51,515 nt of DNA, filler included, from Sphacelaria rigidula (GCA_964200075.2; 4 parts of 4 records of this genome joined end to end with filler, not necessarily neighbours in it); one strand, 5' to 3'. Positions 38,714 through 51,515 are shown, counted from the first letter of the whole stretch. A program made the numbers and translations. The notes: generated from the letters alone by a model not told the origin.

Positions 38714-39199
38714 CTTGCATTCAGATGACAGCCAACTATGAGTGGCTTTATTTTCTGGTATCGCCACTTGCAGAGACAGCCACTGCTTATACACTGCCTC
38801 ATGGGTGTCTAAACGATGTGATCGGGGGCTCCAAAAGCAAGGTCTGCTTTCAGCCACCTGCACAGATGCGTCACCACATCGGCTCTAAATTCCTTTCTTC
38901 CGTCACTGCGGATTTTCTGAGGCAGCGGCTACGCTCAGCAAGTCCATCTCCAGCTCTTTCCATGGGAATCCTGCTCGTTCAGGGGTCATTAAAGCCTTGC
39001 GGCTACTAGCCTTCTTTCTCCTCTACAGCTGCAAGATAACAAGTATTGACTGGTATCCTTGATAATCGACGGCCAGAAAAAATGGTCGGGCATCAAAGAC
39101 AACGTGGCGCCTACTCCAGTATGGCCATGTAAGGTGTGTACCAGCGCCGAGATGTCGGGTACCATAGCAAAGGGGGTGGGTAACAACGGTTTCTTAGTG

Positions 39200-39420
39200 T
39201 CTTTCATAATCCACGCCACCTTCATCGTCCAGACTGTATTTGTGTGCAACGTCGTCACTCACCGTACTCTTGACGTTATTTTTTGTACTGGGCACCTCCT
39301 CCCCCCCTTGCACCTCGTCGGCACTTACCACACTCTCGCAGTCTGCATCACTCGTATTGGGCACCTCTTCTCCCCCCTGCACCTCGTCGGCACTCACTGT
39401 ACTCTCGTCATCTTTGTCAC
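39200..39420 (-). repeat. Coding 60-bp tandem repeat (about 3 units) between RNase H and integrase
   Basis: ESTVSADEVQGGEEVPNT / ESVVSADEVQGGEEVPST / KSTVSDDV in ORF 39194..39916. Confidence 0.85.
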
Positions 39421-40928
39421 TCGCACCGTGCGCCTTCCCTCCCCCCAGAATCGATCTAACCTGCCCTAAGAAGGCGTCCTCCTCCTGTTGGCGTTTCAGC
39501 CCGGGTGCGGCCATCAACATCTGTATCGCCTTCGCGAATGCTGACGTGTCTACCGCGGTTTTCGCCAAAGTCCAAGGGCAATCCTCCCCAGCCGTGAGCA
39601 CTTCTTCCACTTTCAGCCGCTCGCTGATTGGGACGGGGGTGATGGGGGTAGGCTCCATCGTAGGAACTTCAATAGGCGTGAGACCTACCGGCGGCTGAAG
39701 ACTCATTTGGACATCTGTGGGCACGGTACGTATGCGAGCAGCGCCGGGGAACTGTAAACGCGCGGATGGTTGGCGAATTCTGGGGGAACTACGGGATAGT
39801 TCGTCTTCTATTGACGCGCAGTCAGCAAAAGGGAGTGTTCGCGAGGTGCCTAGGTATCTCGTCTCGGCTACATCTATCTGGTCTAACTTGAAACCATAGG
39901 CTGACAATTTTGACAACCATTCCCCATCCAGTTGTGGACCGCGGAACCGTCCGGCTTCCGACGGTGTGCCAGAGGTGGAATCGTCGGGAAATGAGTCGTC
40001 TATGCCGTTTCAGGGTTTCTGTTGATGCGGGAGACGGGACATGGCGTCAATTAACACGTGTTGGGTTCCCTCCCGCCATCAAAGTTTCATGTTGTACTCC
40101 ATGAGTCGAAGCACCCACCTGTGTAGCTTGCGACACAGATCACGACTACGAACCAACCATGTCAGCGCGGAACAGTCGGTGACTAATCTACACTTCCTGC
40201 CCGCTAGGTACGGTCTGAAGTGTTGGACTCCCCGTATTACAGCCATACATTCCCTTTCCGCGGGTGCTCGGCGCGACTTTGTACGTGAAACCCGATGACT
40301 GGCAAATGCGATGATGCAAGACTCGTCCTCCACTGGCTGTAAGAGAGTGTCTCCCGCATTCACTGTGCTGGTATCCGTCTGCACTTGGAAGGTGCTGTTC
40401 AAGCCGGGAAAAGCGAGTATCGTTGACGATGCTAGGGAAGACTTGAGTATCTGGAACGCTGCTCCCTCGTCATCACCCCACGGAATGGTCAACTTTCGTA
40501 CACGGCGTAAGGCAAATTATTTGCTGCGAAGAATGTTGGTCAACGGGGCGGCTATTATGCTGTACTTCTCGACAAACTGTCTGAGGTACCCGGTGAGTCC
40601 GAGAGACAAACGGAGTTCCTCAACAGTGCGTGGACGTGACATCTTAGCTACTGATGTGAGTTTGGACGGGGCCAGTTGTATGCCTGTACTGTCGATCAAC
40701 ATGCCAAGGAACTCCTGGGACGGTGCTGCAGAGCTGCATTTGGCAAAGTTCACCGAGAATCCTGCAGTCGACAGTCGTTACAACTTCATGGTGAGTAGAG
40801 CGAAGTGCTCGTCCCACGAGGGGCTGGCTATGAGGATGTCATCTAGCCAGCTGTGTACGCCAGTCAGGTTGCCTATCGTTAACTTCACTCTACGAGTAAA
40901 CGCCGCCGGGAGTACTGTCAGTCCAAAA

Positions 40929-41780
40929 GAAACCTTGCGGCCGTTGTACGGCATCTCCAGCGCCAGTACAGGAACAACACGACCATCGACGATGACATAT
41001 TCCTGCGCCTCATTCATTTCGGTCAGCAGTACAGCACTCCGCACCGCCTTTTTGAAAAACGAAGTAGCCTCCCGCTCACAGGAACAACAACTCTCCCCTT
41101 ACACCGAGACGCGCTGTATCACCTTACAACGACAATGGCCACAGCGCCACTTCCTCACGCAGGTCTCACCACGTGTTTGAAGTCCTTAGGCTCCTCTTCC
41201 TGGCCGTACCTGGTCAAGCGTGGAACAAGAAACTCTCGCTGGCTCCACCAGGCAGTAATTTCGCCGCTTTTCTGGGACGATGTTGGGCTCGCCAGCTGTC
41301 GATCGACCGCTCGCACCTCACGCACGAGCGCTACCATAACCCGCCCTAGCACTACCTCAGAACCTCCTCGGCTCTACTTGTCCAACTTCTCGCAACGTTA
41401 ACACGCCTTGAGCTGGTCTTGTTTGCTGCAAATTGATCAGGCCTGCAGACTTCCCTACCTTGAAGTGTCAGCTTCTTTTTCAGCGGACCTACCGCCTTTC
41501 AGCGGACTTAATGAACGTTCATTATAGACTTCTGTCACTCAAGATTAGAGTGCCATGTGGACTCCTCCCATCACGGGCACATGGACTGCAGCAGCTTTAG
41601 TTATTCATGTATTAGACCTTAGCATATACAGGAGAACAGGACAATAGCCTCTCTCCACCAGAGTGGCAAAAGCAAGCCTCAAGTCATGGAGGTCACCCAT
41701 CACAGAGTCCGGCAATCAGACCCGCAACTCCACCTACAAATGTCCCTAAATTTAGATAACCATGGTGGCTAGAGTCTATA
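40929..41780 (-). mobile_element. About 850-bp insertion splitting RT
   Basis: RT reads FEFTRAGF up to ~41781 and resumes FGLTVLPAAF at ~40928. GGTTTCT (minus strand) occurs at both junctions. Confidence 0.75.
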
Positions 41781-44700
41781 GAAACCCGCCCTGGTGAACT
41801 CGAAGAGTAGGCCGTCTGCATCTCTGAACGCCGCTTTGTGGCGGTCTTTCTCAGTAATATCAATTTCGTGGAATCCTGAGGCGAGATCTAGTTGCGTGAA
41901 ATACCTCTTGCCTTCGAGACCATCAAATATAGACTGCATGCCACTCAGTCCACCGCTATCAGACACTAAAAGCGTGTCCAGAGCACGCCAGCCAATGCAC
42001 AGGCGCAAGGTACCATCTTTCTTTTTGCCACAAAGACATTGCGCGGCCTAGAGGGAAGTTAAGGGGCGGGTAACGTCGCGATCAAGAAGCTTGTGGATTT
42101 CTCCTCTGATCATTCGGCCTTCCGGCGAGAAACGGCGTTGTTTCGCGGCAAAGGGTGTGCTAGCCTCGTCAATCAATGGCAATTCTAGCTTACCATTGAT
42201 GCAGGCTGGCACCCGCTTGGGATCTGTAGGAAACAACCCTGCTTCCACGAAATCCCGTGCGAGGCGCCCAAGTCCCGTCTTGTCTGCTTCCCAAGTTGTC
42301 CCATGTTTGCATCCCATACCCGGATCTGGCTGGGTTCCGAGGGTAGTTGGTCACTCTCGAGATACAAAGGGGGTGTGGGCAAGGTAGGTTGGTCTACTGT
42401 TGACGGCGTGTCGTCGAAACGTGAGTGGAAGCGAGCAGGGTCGCGCACGTCGAAAGATATCATGCGCGCGATCGTCCCGGAGGTCTTCACTTCGGCCCTA
42501 CCTTCACCTCTGTTTACCAACTTACAGTAAACGGGAAACCCTGGTGCACACCACAACACTCTTTTGGCTATCCCTACCAACGCTTCATCGTCCAGATCGT
42601 ACTTAGCCAAGGGCATCATCAGAATTAGCCGCTTGTCCTGCGGTTGGGGTCCCATAGTCACCGTTTCCACCGCCATGCTCTCAAACACATCGATGGAGAC
42701 GGAACGCTCGGCCAGCCTCACGCTCCATTCCCTCGTGCTGTCGTCTTCCCAGGCAACGTCACTGTGACTGGGGAACTTACAGGGCGAGGGGGAAGGCGTG
42801 ACTAGCGAACGGGCTTTCTTGAGCGGGTCCGGGGCAGAGAGTATATACTCGGCGGTAAGTCGGGGGCTATCATTATTCAAAAACGGAATCCACGGTGCGG
42901 ACGGGGTAGGGCGAAACCCTCATGTTGCTTTGAATTCCAGACTGCTATGATTTGCCCTGGAAACCTCGGCCCCCAAAATGAGCCCGTACGGTAGGGCCTC
43001 TACCACTCTGACTTCCACTTCACGAACGCGATCATCTTGAGTGAACAAGAGGGGTATCACGACTGATCCAACTATAAACATCGGGGGTACCTTGCTCTGC
43101 GAGGGGCTGGCGGCGCGAACAGCGCTAGCGTTGTTCGTATCTAGCCTGGCCTGTATTACTTCTGCTTTCATCAGGCAACGCAACAAAAACCCAGACAGGG
43201 AATTGCCCCCATCTGCCCCGGTATCCAACAGTACCTCGAGTGGCAACACCTCCGAGCCCGGCCCTGGTGCCAGATCTCTCCCGCCACCCACAATTGGTCT
43301 CCGCGGCGGCACTAGATGGCTGCCAACTCCTTCTCTAGCAGGTTCTTCAGGTTGAAAATACCTGAGGCATCCCCTCATTTGTCGCCGTTGCCTGCAGAGG
43401 ACGACTCTTCGTGCCTGTCGTCTTCTTCCTCCTTTCCACCATCGCTACCTTCGTTGATCAGTCCCACGTCGATCGCGGCTAAGTATTGGGCTTCCGTGAG
43501 GGCCGCGAGTCGCTTATGGGGGATGGCGGCTCTACGGAGGGCTTTGACGTTGCTGTAATAAGCCGGCGTGATGATACCGTGTGTATACGGACAGCGAGTG
43601 CCATCGCGGCGGCGGCACGCACTCGTGAAAGCGTGGTCGAAAGAGATCTTGTTCCTGCGGAGGTAATCGATTACCTCTTCTCGGCCCCGCGTCGGGGAGG
43701 GGGCGGCTTGCTGATCACGGGTGCTTACAGCCAAGGATGAACTCGTTGGCGGGATGGGTGCAGCAGACGAAGAAGACCCTTATTTCGCGGCCGCTGTCCA
43801 CCCTTGATTCTGCACGTCTCTGGCGGACAGTTGTTTCTGTTCCACGAACGGAACACCGTGCTGTCCCGGGATTGTCTCTGGTGTGTTGTTGAACGCTGCA
43901 ACTAGGGCCGGTGTCTGCTGCTGAGCGTATTCGCCCGATTGCGGTTGCGCGTACTCCATCTGCTGTAGGATCCTGGGAGCAGACGCATGGGCTTCGGCAA
44001 CACGGGGCATCAAACCTTCATTTTCGCCCCGGAACGTGGCGAATTGTGCGGAGGACATTCGCCTAATACCATCTAGCGAAAAAACACGGCCTGGTTCTAC
44101 CGTGCGACTTGCTTTCTTCTGAACTGGCTTCCTGTATTGCTTCCAGGGGCGTGGGGTGAGAACTCTGATGAACTCGTCGTACAAGCCTTGAGCTACTTCA
44201 CGGCGGCAGCGCATGGCTCCCCCCCCTCATTGGGTTTTGAAACTCCTCTGCAATGTAGGCGAACTTGGTGTCCGCCACGCTCATCTTCTCGTGCAGAAGT
44301 GATCGTAGGTTATCCCTGAGAACTTCATCGGGCAAGACGACTCAAACGACGCATTTGTACAATTTATTCAGCTGCACCATCGTTATGAAACACCAGAAAA
44401 GATCAGTCTCAGTGTTATGCGGACGGCTTGCGCTAGGTAGGGTGGCTTTGTAAGCCAACGAAACTCGTTGACAAGATTCACCTTTTTTCAGGGTGATCTT
44501 CTTCAATGCTTCGCGTGCATTGTCGGCGGAATCACTATTGAGGGCTTGTTTTCGAATTAAAAGACGCAATCAGTCGGTAGCCGTGATCTGATCGAGGCGG
44601 ATGAGTTCGATCCGCCTGAGATGCGATATACTCTAACATGAACGCCTGGCAGTAGCGCTGTGGCAGTTGCGCCACCACCCGCAAGCAAGTCTAAGAGTAA

Positions 44701-45486
44701 ATCACGACGGCGGGGCGAGTATTTATTGACCTTTGTCACCCACCTTCCTCCAGCCTGCAGACCCCCACCCGAAATCGTAGTTTCAATTGTTTTGCCGCGC
44801 CTATGGGGCAATGGAGGTATTTTTACATCCCGATCCCCTCTCTCAATCCCTCGTATATCTTCAGGTATTCTTCCTTGTCTACCTTGCGTTTGGGCGCTCA
44901 TTTCCCCCCTATATGTATCATGCCTTTTACTTTTGACTTGTATCCCGCGCCTTCACCTATGGACATTATTTCGTCTTGATTTCCTCCTATCTACTTCCAT
45001 GATTTCTCGAGTTCTCTATCTCACCTTGTTCCATCATTCCCTTCCGTATTTTTCTTCCATACAGCCTTATCAACTATAGCTGGCAATCTCTTTCTCTGGG
45101 TGTTCTCAACGCTATATTACCACCTCAATTTCTTCATGTCTCTCTGTGTTTGAAGTGAGTGTTCCAGATTTGATGGTCATTTTCCAGTCGAGTAGACTCG
45201 TATATCGTACTTTTGCTGTGCTTAGTCCGACAAGTCATGTGCCATTTTTGAGTCTGTGTGACTTCTGGTAAAGAGCTGACCCCCGGGCTTTCATGGTCTA
45301 TTTTGTGAACTCATCTCAGGCCACGTTAGCAGCTACTAGCCCGTTCGCCGATAATACAAGAAGTATCTACGCCACCTACGGACTGCGATATCAGAGGTGT
45401 CTCTAGTCTTACTCTAGTGTAAGCCTGACTTTCCTGCAACGGATGTTGTTCTAACATTCCCGCTGGCCGGGTGTATACCAACCTAC

Positions 45487-45797
45487 TGTATGAACATCAG
45501 TTGACTCCATGAAGTGTAAGTCGAACTCAAACGAATCGATACCCTTGAATGTGGATGAGCACGACTGCGCGGGTGCCCACAGACTGGCACCGTTCACCCC
45601 TAGACGGCAACCGTCGATTCGTGACATGGTACCAAATCTGTATTTGCTTGCGTGCTCGTGTAGAGTCAACCCCGGCATGCTCCCAACACAAATGTTGGAA
45701 GGGCAGGGTTTTGGCGTGCAAGTTTGATCTAGTGACACTTTACTTCATTTATATAGAGTAAACGGTGTGCCTATTCACAGTTTGCTTGTTCACAACA
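45487..45797 (-). repeat. Candidate 5' LTR of the minus-strand element
   Basis: Imperfect inverted termini TGTTGTGAAC / GTTCATACA, a TATATAAA at 45748-45755 on the minus strand, and TGGTATAC... a few bases inside the element. No second LTR is available to confirm. Confidence 0.35.
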
Positions 45798-46059
45798 GAG
45801 TGTCACGCATATCTTAGCTGCAATATCGCTTTATTTAATGTGAAGTATACAGAGTGCTATTTCACAGCTGAGTATCACTGATGTGTTCTAAGAGCGAGAA
45901 CATTGCACCATAGCACGCCGCCTTCAGTTATCTACACGTTGTTTTTGGGTTGTTTGAACATGATAGTACGCTGAGCAGTGAAAGTAAGCATAGGCTAGGT
46001 AGGCTGCTTTGCCCCGTCGGTGTCCCGCGTTGCACCGTTTTCCCGCCCGTGTTGCACTA

Positions 46060-47969
46060 TGTTACAATCATCCTCAAACAGAGCGCCACCGTCGGCTTTA
46101 TGCCCGAGTGACTTGTCAACACTTGCTCTTGCGACAACGCAGTGTCGCGCTCTACGATACGTGTAATGGTATATGACCGCGTGCGGGAATTGAACTAGTA
46201 CCCTGGATATGACGATCGTTCTCACAAACGACCGGCGAGTAAGAGAAGAGGATGCTGGTCGAATGTGTGCTCATGTAAAGTAGAAATATGGTTGATCCAA
46301 CAGAACAACTGCTGCCGTTACACTTTTGTTCAAGTTTGAAGATGGGATACGATCTATACATGATTAGCTGTATGGGCACGTTGCTACTAAAGCTTTGATT
46401 GGTCAAAAGCGCGACGCGTCAGGCTGATTTTGTAATATCGTAGCTGTACGCGTGGCTACGAAAGAGGTTTTTGCCGAGGTTCTCACTCCCCCAGCTGCTT
46501 ACTTGTGTTCACCGACTCAACAACCGACATTTTATATGGTTACAGGAGAAAAGCTAATTCAAGAAGAGCGTTCAAACATCGCTTGCCCCGCTGATCTTTC
46601 CAATTGTACTGGATCTTCAAGTCCGCGGATTGACGACGTGAGTTGTTCGAGCCGCGTGTAATCTATCATTTTTGTACGTTTTATTCTCAACCTTCGATCT
46701 TTGATTATAAAGGCCTGGTCACTGAACCCCTCGAACAGTCGTTACTGATTGTGTGCTCTTCGAGAGGGATTACCTGCAGCGTGTTAACGCGTCGAATTCA
46801 GGACAAGCTGGCCAACCTCCCTTTCTTGAGGGTGCGACTTATTGTACTATTGCACTTTTTGTTTTCCTCACACTTTGAACCCCTTCCCTTCCTCGGGATG
46901 AGTCCGTCGTCTCAAGGGATCAACCCATCTCTCCCCCAGTACATGCTTTTCATTTTGATCTCGCGGATTGGATCAGCACTCCCGCACCGCGTCAACTCAC
47001 GTCATACAAACCCAGTCGACTACTTTTGTTCACTCACGTTCTCACGCTTTCCACGGTGGAATTCATACTTTATGGGAAGAAAAAAAAACGAATCGGGAAT
47101 CGAACACCAGTTCTCCCCACCCTGATGGCGACAATCGGTCCATTACCCCACCGGGGCGCGGCGGCATTGCATATACTTCTACATATGACGGAGAGAACCA
47201 AACCTCCAATTTACAGTTGACCTAGCCACCATAAATTGAATGAAGGGCATTCACGGTCGCGAGCGTGAACGAGCTCATCGGAACGAGCTCATCTGAACGT
47301 GCTACAACGTTTCATCTCAACGGATGTGTCATTCTACTTCGGGTGCCTCACTTCAGGGCTTTTCGAGGCAGCTGTTCCACGCCGCGGCTGTGCTAGGGTT
47401 TTTTTCGCCGCGCGATGGTGCTGCTGTTTTTCTGTCTGCATTGCGTTGCCACGTTGTTGTGCCGTTGCTATTTGTTATTGCTATGCTTTCGCCTGACGGC
47501 TGTGCTGTCGCTTGTTGCTGCCGTGCCACTGCCGTTCTGCTGGTGCCGTGTTGCCCTCTGCTGTTGTTATTGTTTGTTGTTATTGTCTGTTGCTTTTGTT
47601 GCTGCTGCTATCAGCGTTGCTATTGCTGTTGCTGCTACTGTTTCCGCTGTGCTTTCCGCTATGTCCTGTTTTGCTGTTGCTACCCCGCTTGTTGTGTTGT
47701 AGTCTTCGCGTCTGCCGCCTACTGTCAGTTGTACTTTTCTCGATTGCTATCGCATCGCATGTTGGCATATGCACGCTTATTTTCCGCCCTAATGTTCCCA
47801 TCATACATTTTGTACCCTGCTCCACTTTAACCGCACGGGTTTTGCTCGCGAATGATTGTCATTATCACACATGCCCCAATTGTCACGAATGAGGCTTCCA
47901 CGTTCCTTTTCTCCTGACATACACGTCCGCATGTTGATGAGACTGTGTTCGCCACTTTACCTACTTACA
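46060..47969 (+). repeat. LTR-like sequence (possible solo LTR) related to the contig 3 LTR
   Basis: 46160-46460 aligns by eye with 34640-34910. Starts TGTTACA; a candidate end CTTACA at 47969 has CACTA on both flanks. The right boundary is uncertain. Confidence 0.5.
47400..47710. repeat. Low-complexity (GTT/GCT)-rich tract
   Basis: Degenerate TGT/TGC trinucleotide run; it explains the spurious Cys/Leu/Val-rich ORFs here. Confidence 0.8.
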
Positions 47970-50799
47970 CACTATAGTGGCTTCGCCTGTATTGCGTCAC
48001 CTTCATCTTACCTGTTACTAATTGTTGTTTGTTGGTCGTTTGGGCGTTTGTTTTGAGGCCCCTGTTGTCCGTATTGTTTGTCATTATGGTCATTACGGTT
48101 TGATGCGGCCGTCCTTTCTGTTGCTGGCCATTCTGAACAAGACTCTGCCCCGCGAGGTCGCTTTTAATACATTACCGCCCTGCGTTATGATCCAGCGGAA
48201 AACAGGCTACATAGCCCATGCTCAACGTTACGTCGAATGAAATTGAAAGCAGTACACCTCTTCATTTTGTACAGGCATTGCAAAGGCAGATCAAATTACA
48301 GAGCCTCAAAATTCAGCACACCGTGACATGCAATACAGGCGGTGCAGAATTTTCACGAGCGGCAGTTTACGGGCTCACTCTTTATTCTATCCAAAACAGA
48401 AATGTCACATTATAACACCTAAAACACTCTTCGCTCGTGCGTTTTCGTAAAACGCCAACAGTCCTTGACCGCTGACTATCATTGAAAACACGTACTAATC
48501 AATGCGACTCTCTTACGTTCTTCCCCCTCCTACCCTGTCTGAGTCCTTTTCCCGCTCCCTGCTGTTGTTTCTTTTCTTTTCTTCTTCATTTTCCGTCGAT
48601 CGGTCCCTTTTTGTCGATATTGAATTGGGGCAAACAATAACCGTGTCGCTTCGCATCTTGTTTTCCTGGGTTGACTAATGCCGAGATAGCCCCCCCACAA
48701 AACGTGCACCGGCACCATCCAACGAACCGGCTGCGATCCCACTATTGGGCCCGTTTGCAGCAACTTCGCCCCCACATGAGAGGCGTGTAGCAGTCCGGAA
48801 TCAGCTATAATGCCCAAATCAGTCGCGTCGTGCAGCGCGAAGCCACTTTAACGGCAGTTATGATCATCGCCTTTGTGCACATTTTTGGCCGGTTTTGGGG
48901 GGGGCTACCTCGGCAGCAGTCGGTTACACTTTTGTATGACCATGGGTGATTGGTGAAATACACGTTTCTCACCGCCGATGCTTCATGCTATACTAGTTGG
49001 TAAGTGCAGCATATCCGAAGCACCGAAAAATGTCCGGCAGGGATGCTAAACGCCGCGAGGGATGAGGAAGGCGTGGCGATAGACGCCGCTCCGATTCCAG
49101 ATTTCCCTCGGCCCGTTGAAACCGTTCCGATCCCCGTGACTCCCGCTCCCGTTCTCGTTTTCATAGCCGCCGCTCTACATCGCAGGACTCCTGTAGTTTC
49201 CGCCGCCCCTCGCGCTCTCGCTCCGCATTCCCTCGCCGCACTCTGTCCCGTGTGAGATACCGCTCCACGAGCCGTTCCAGAACCAACCGTGACAATCCGT
49301 CACGCCAGGATGGGCACGACACCGAGGAAAGTAGCAAGAAACGTGACGAACGGGTCGACGAATCCGAAGCCAACCAGCAGGCTGAGGTACATGAGCGGGT
49401 GCGTAGGCGCACTGCAGACACCTCCGCGACACCAGTATACAGAGGAACCGCACCAGGTAAGCTTACCATAGCAAACAGGACTTGTTCCGGCGTCGCCACA
49501 TGTCACCGACCCACCTCGATCAGTCACTGGCTTTGCCTTGGTCTACTCTGGGCCATCACTACGCTCTGCTCCTATGGCTGCGCCGCGGCTGTACTGAGGT
49601 AGAGAATTGCTTGGAGATATAATATGATGCTGTGAAACACGTGAGTTCCTAGCCAGCAGTCTACATTTAGATGAGCCTATGTGTGACTGTTCATGATGAA
49701 TATCCATAACATAGGACGTACGATGTGCCCATGTGAGAGCTTGGTTTAGCTGGAACCAATGGTTTCTCCTGGTCCTCGTACTGAGAGGCCTCAGCCAATG
49801 CATCAGCTATCCCATCATTATAACAATTAGCATCGATGAACGGACTTTGTTCTGCTTGGTTAGGAGGTCTTTGTTTTGCTTGGCGTTGTGTTTTTCTGCT
49901 CAAGCTGTAGTCAGTAACTCGCTTTAGTTTTTCTGCGTGTTTTACTTGTTTTTAGTGAGGCGCCCCTGTGCTGTTCTGATTGTCGTGGGCGTCAGCTTAC
50001 TCTTGGTTCGGTTGCATTGTACAATAGCAGTAAAGACTGCTGTACGTTGCCCCCGCTTCGCGTATTAATGATACGTATCTGCCCTCCCCGTTGGTACACT
50101 GCTTGTAGCTGCTGAGCGATTTGCTGTAGCTGCCCTTCGCTTCTGTTCTCGCCTGTTTACATCCGCGTAAGTGCCATGGTGACGCACTTCGTTGGTTTAC
50201 TGACTACGCGTAGATCTGGCCGGAACTGCGTTCTACTGCCGCCTTGTGCGTGTAGTCAACCATAACTCTGTCTCACTACAGTGTCTTCCCTCTGCTTTCG
50301 AACAGGGTATTGCACGTGCCACTGTGCCACGTGCAAACTGTGTGCCCGCCGATCAGTATTACATTGGTGGTGGTTCATAGTTTGTTTTAACGGCTAATAC
50401 TGTATTAGCATATGGTTGATTCGCCTTGTGCCGAATTGAAACGCCCCCCCCCTGTACCTCGGCGAGCACGCCAGATGTTAGTAGATGCGCAACCCCCCCC
50501 TTCCCTCCCGGGCACCCTTTTGCGTGTTCCGGTACCCCACCGCGCTGCATGATTCTGAGGTGTGGGAAGCTAACCGTCCGTCGTGGAAACAGTAGCTTCC
50601 CCCTGTGACGGCACACGCATGAAATACCGGACGTCGCGTCGTCGACGTTGGCACAATTGATTCGAGTCTGCCGTAGTTGATTTCCGCCATTCTGGGACAA
50701 CGCCGCCTCACCGATTTCCTTGTCATGGTGTATGTTTGATTTCCGTAAACAGTACTACAAGTCGAGCCTACTTTCCGGACTCGCCTGGCAATTCACGAA

Positions 50800-51040
50800 T
50801 TGTGGTTTTAGTGACAAAATTTGGCTTCGGATGTAAGCCCACGAGTTTTGCGTGACCACCCCCCGATGTTTGCCCACATCACTTCAGTCAGGCCTGATCG
50901 ACCTTTTCCTGTATTTATAGATGACTCCCGTCGGGACTACCGTGGGTTTAGCGGCAAAATGTTCCCTCGGATGGAGGCCCACAAGTTTTGCGTGACCGCC
51001 CCATGATGTTTGACATCACTTCAGTCCGACCCGATTGAGC
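50800..51040. repeat. Degenerate ~140-bp tandem repeat
   Basis: GTGG.TTTAG.G.CAAAAT...TCGGATG...GCCCAC.AGTTTTGCGTGACC.CCCC..GATGTTTG...CATCACTTCAGTC occurs twice. A second pair (ATCTGGTCA.ATATCA.ATCGTA.CCCCC) lies at ~51282 and ~51427. Confidence 0.75.
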
Positions 51041-51515
51041 TTCTTCCTTGTGGTATCAGATGGTCCCCGCCCCTCGTTAAGGAAAGACAAATGGCCCCGT
51101 AACCGCACCGGTTTTTCTAGCGTACCGTGTCCCCCATTATCAGTCCAAAGTATAACATTTTGCTGTATTGTAAAAATATTACCTGAACTCGAACATTTTC
51201 CCTTGGAGAGCCGCCTTCGGACACAGCCCACGTGCCCGTTCCATATGTCGCTGCCCTGGCTGCTTCCCAGCACCCCCCCTTATCTGGTCATATATCAGAT
51301 CGTACCCCCCGAACACCGGTTGTATCGTAAGCCTATACTTGAGTTGCTACGACACACCGCTTGCATCCCTCGGCGATGCGGGGAGCGATGAGCTCACCTT
51401 GACGGATTTCAGAACCCCCGAATCCGATCTGGTCAGATATCAAATCGTAGCCCCCCCCCCAGCTTGCTCCGTCTCGAAAGGGATGCGTGGTCAATGGTCA
51501 AACGACTAAGGCAAG

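Larger units (their letters stand above)
38714..45797 (-). mobile_element. Second Ty3/Gypsy LTR retrotransposon, degenerate, truncated in integrase by the contig edge
   Basis: Minus-strand order: gag (about 45100-43375), protease LLDTGA/GLILG (42920-43378), RT (42317-40517), RNase H VQTDTS, ERECMAV, VTDCSAL (40079-40492), integrase HTLHGHTG...FFWP...CSC (38989-39258). Confidence 0.9.

Noticed and set aside
47299-47892. Cys/Leu-rich membrane-like ORFs
   Set aside because: They arise from a low-complexity TGT/TGC tract open in several frames.
49004-49602. Overlapping R/E/S-rich ORFs and a GTAAGC donor near 49457
   Set aside because: This may be a first exon, but strand, frame and product could not be established.
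51051-51060. TGGTATCAGA, similar to an initiator-Met primer binding site
   Set aside because: It is not preceded by an LTR-terminal CA, and no gag follows.

Overview
This is eukaryotic nuclear DNA, most likely from a brown alga (Phaeophyceae), inferred from an EsV-1-7 repeat gene, the intron style and the TE families. It is not one locus. Three identical 100-bp linkers (N44-TTAATTAATTAA-N44) join four contigs of 12806, 12805, 12802 and 12802 bp, which look like size-sorted unplaced contigs. Contig 1 (1-12806) carries a single-coding-exon gene with a long Gly/Ser-rich N-terminus and five C-terminal EsV-1-7 Cys/His repeats (IMMEDIATE UPRIGHT-like architecture), plus small MITEs. Contig 2 (12907-25711) holds several phase-0 exons of an unidentified gene whose introns contain nested hAT-type elements, a tRNA-derived SINE and a pentanucleotide microsatellite. 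Contig 3 (25812-38613) is one circularly permuted, degenerate Ty3/Gypsy element. Its integrase ends in a chromodomain followed by a second Tudor/PWWP-like module, and its 3' region may hold a decayed antisense ORF. Contig 4 (38714-51515) holds a different degenerate minus-strand Ty3/Gypsy element (CCCH-type finger in gag, dUTPase-like relic, WLDD RT motif, insertion inside RT) and an LTR-like sequence homologous to the contig 3 LTR. All domain calls are by-eye motif recognition; no searches were run.
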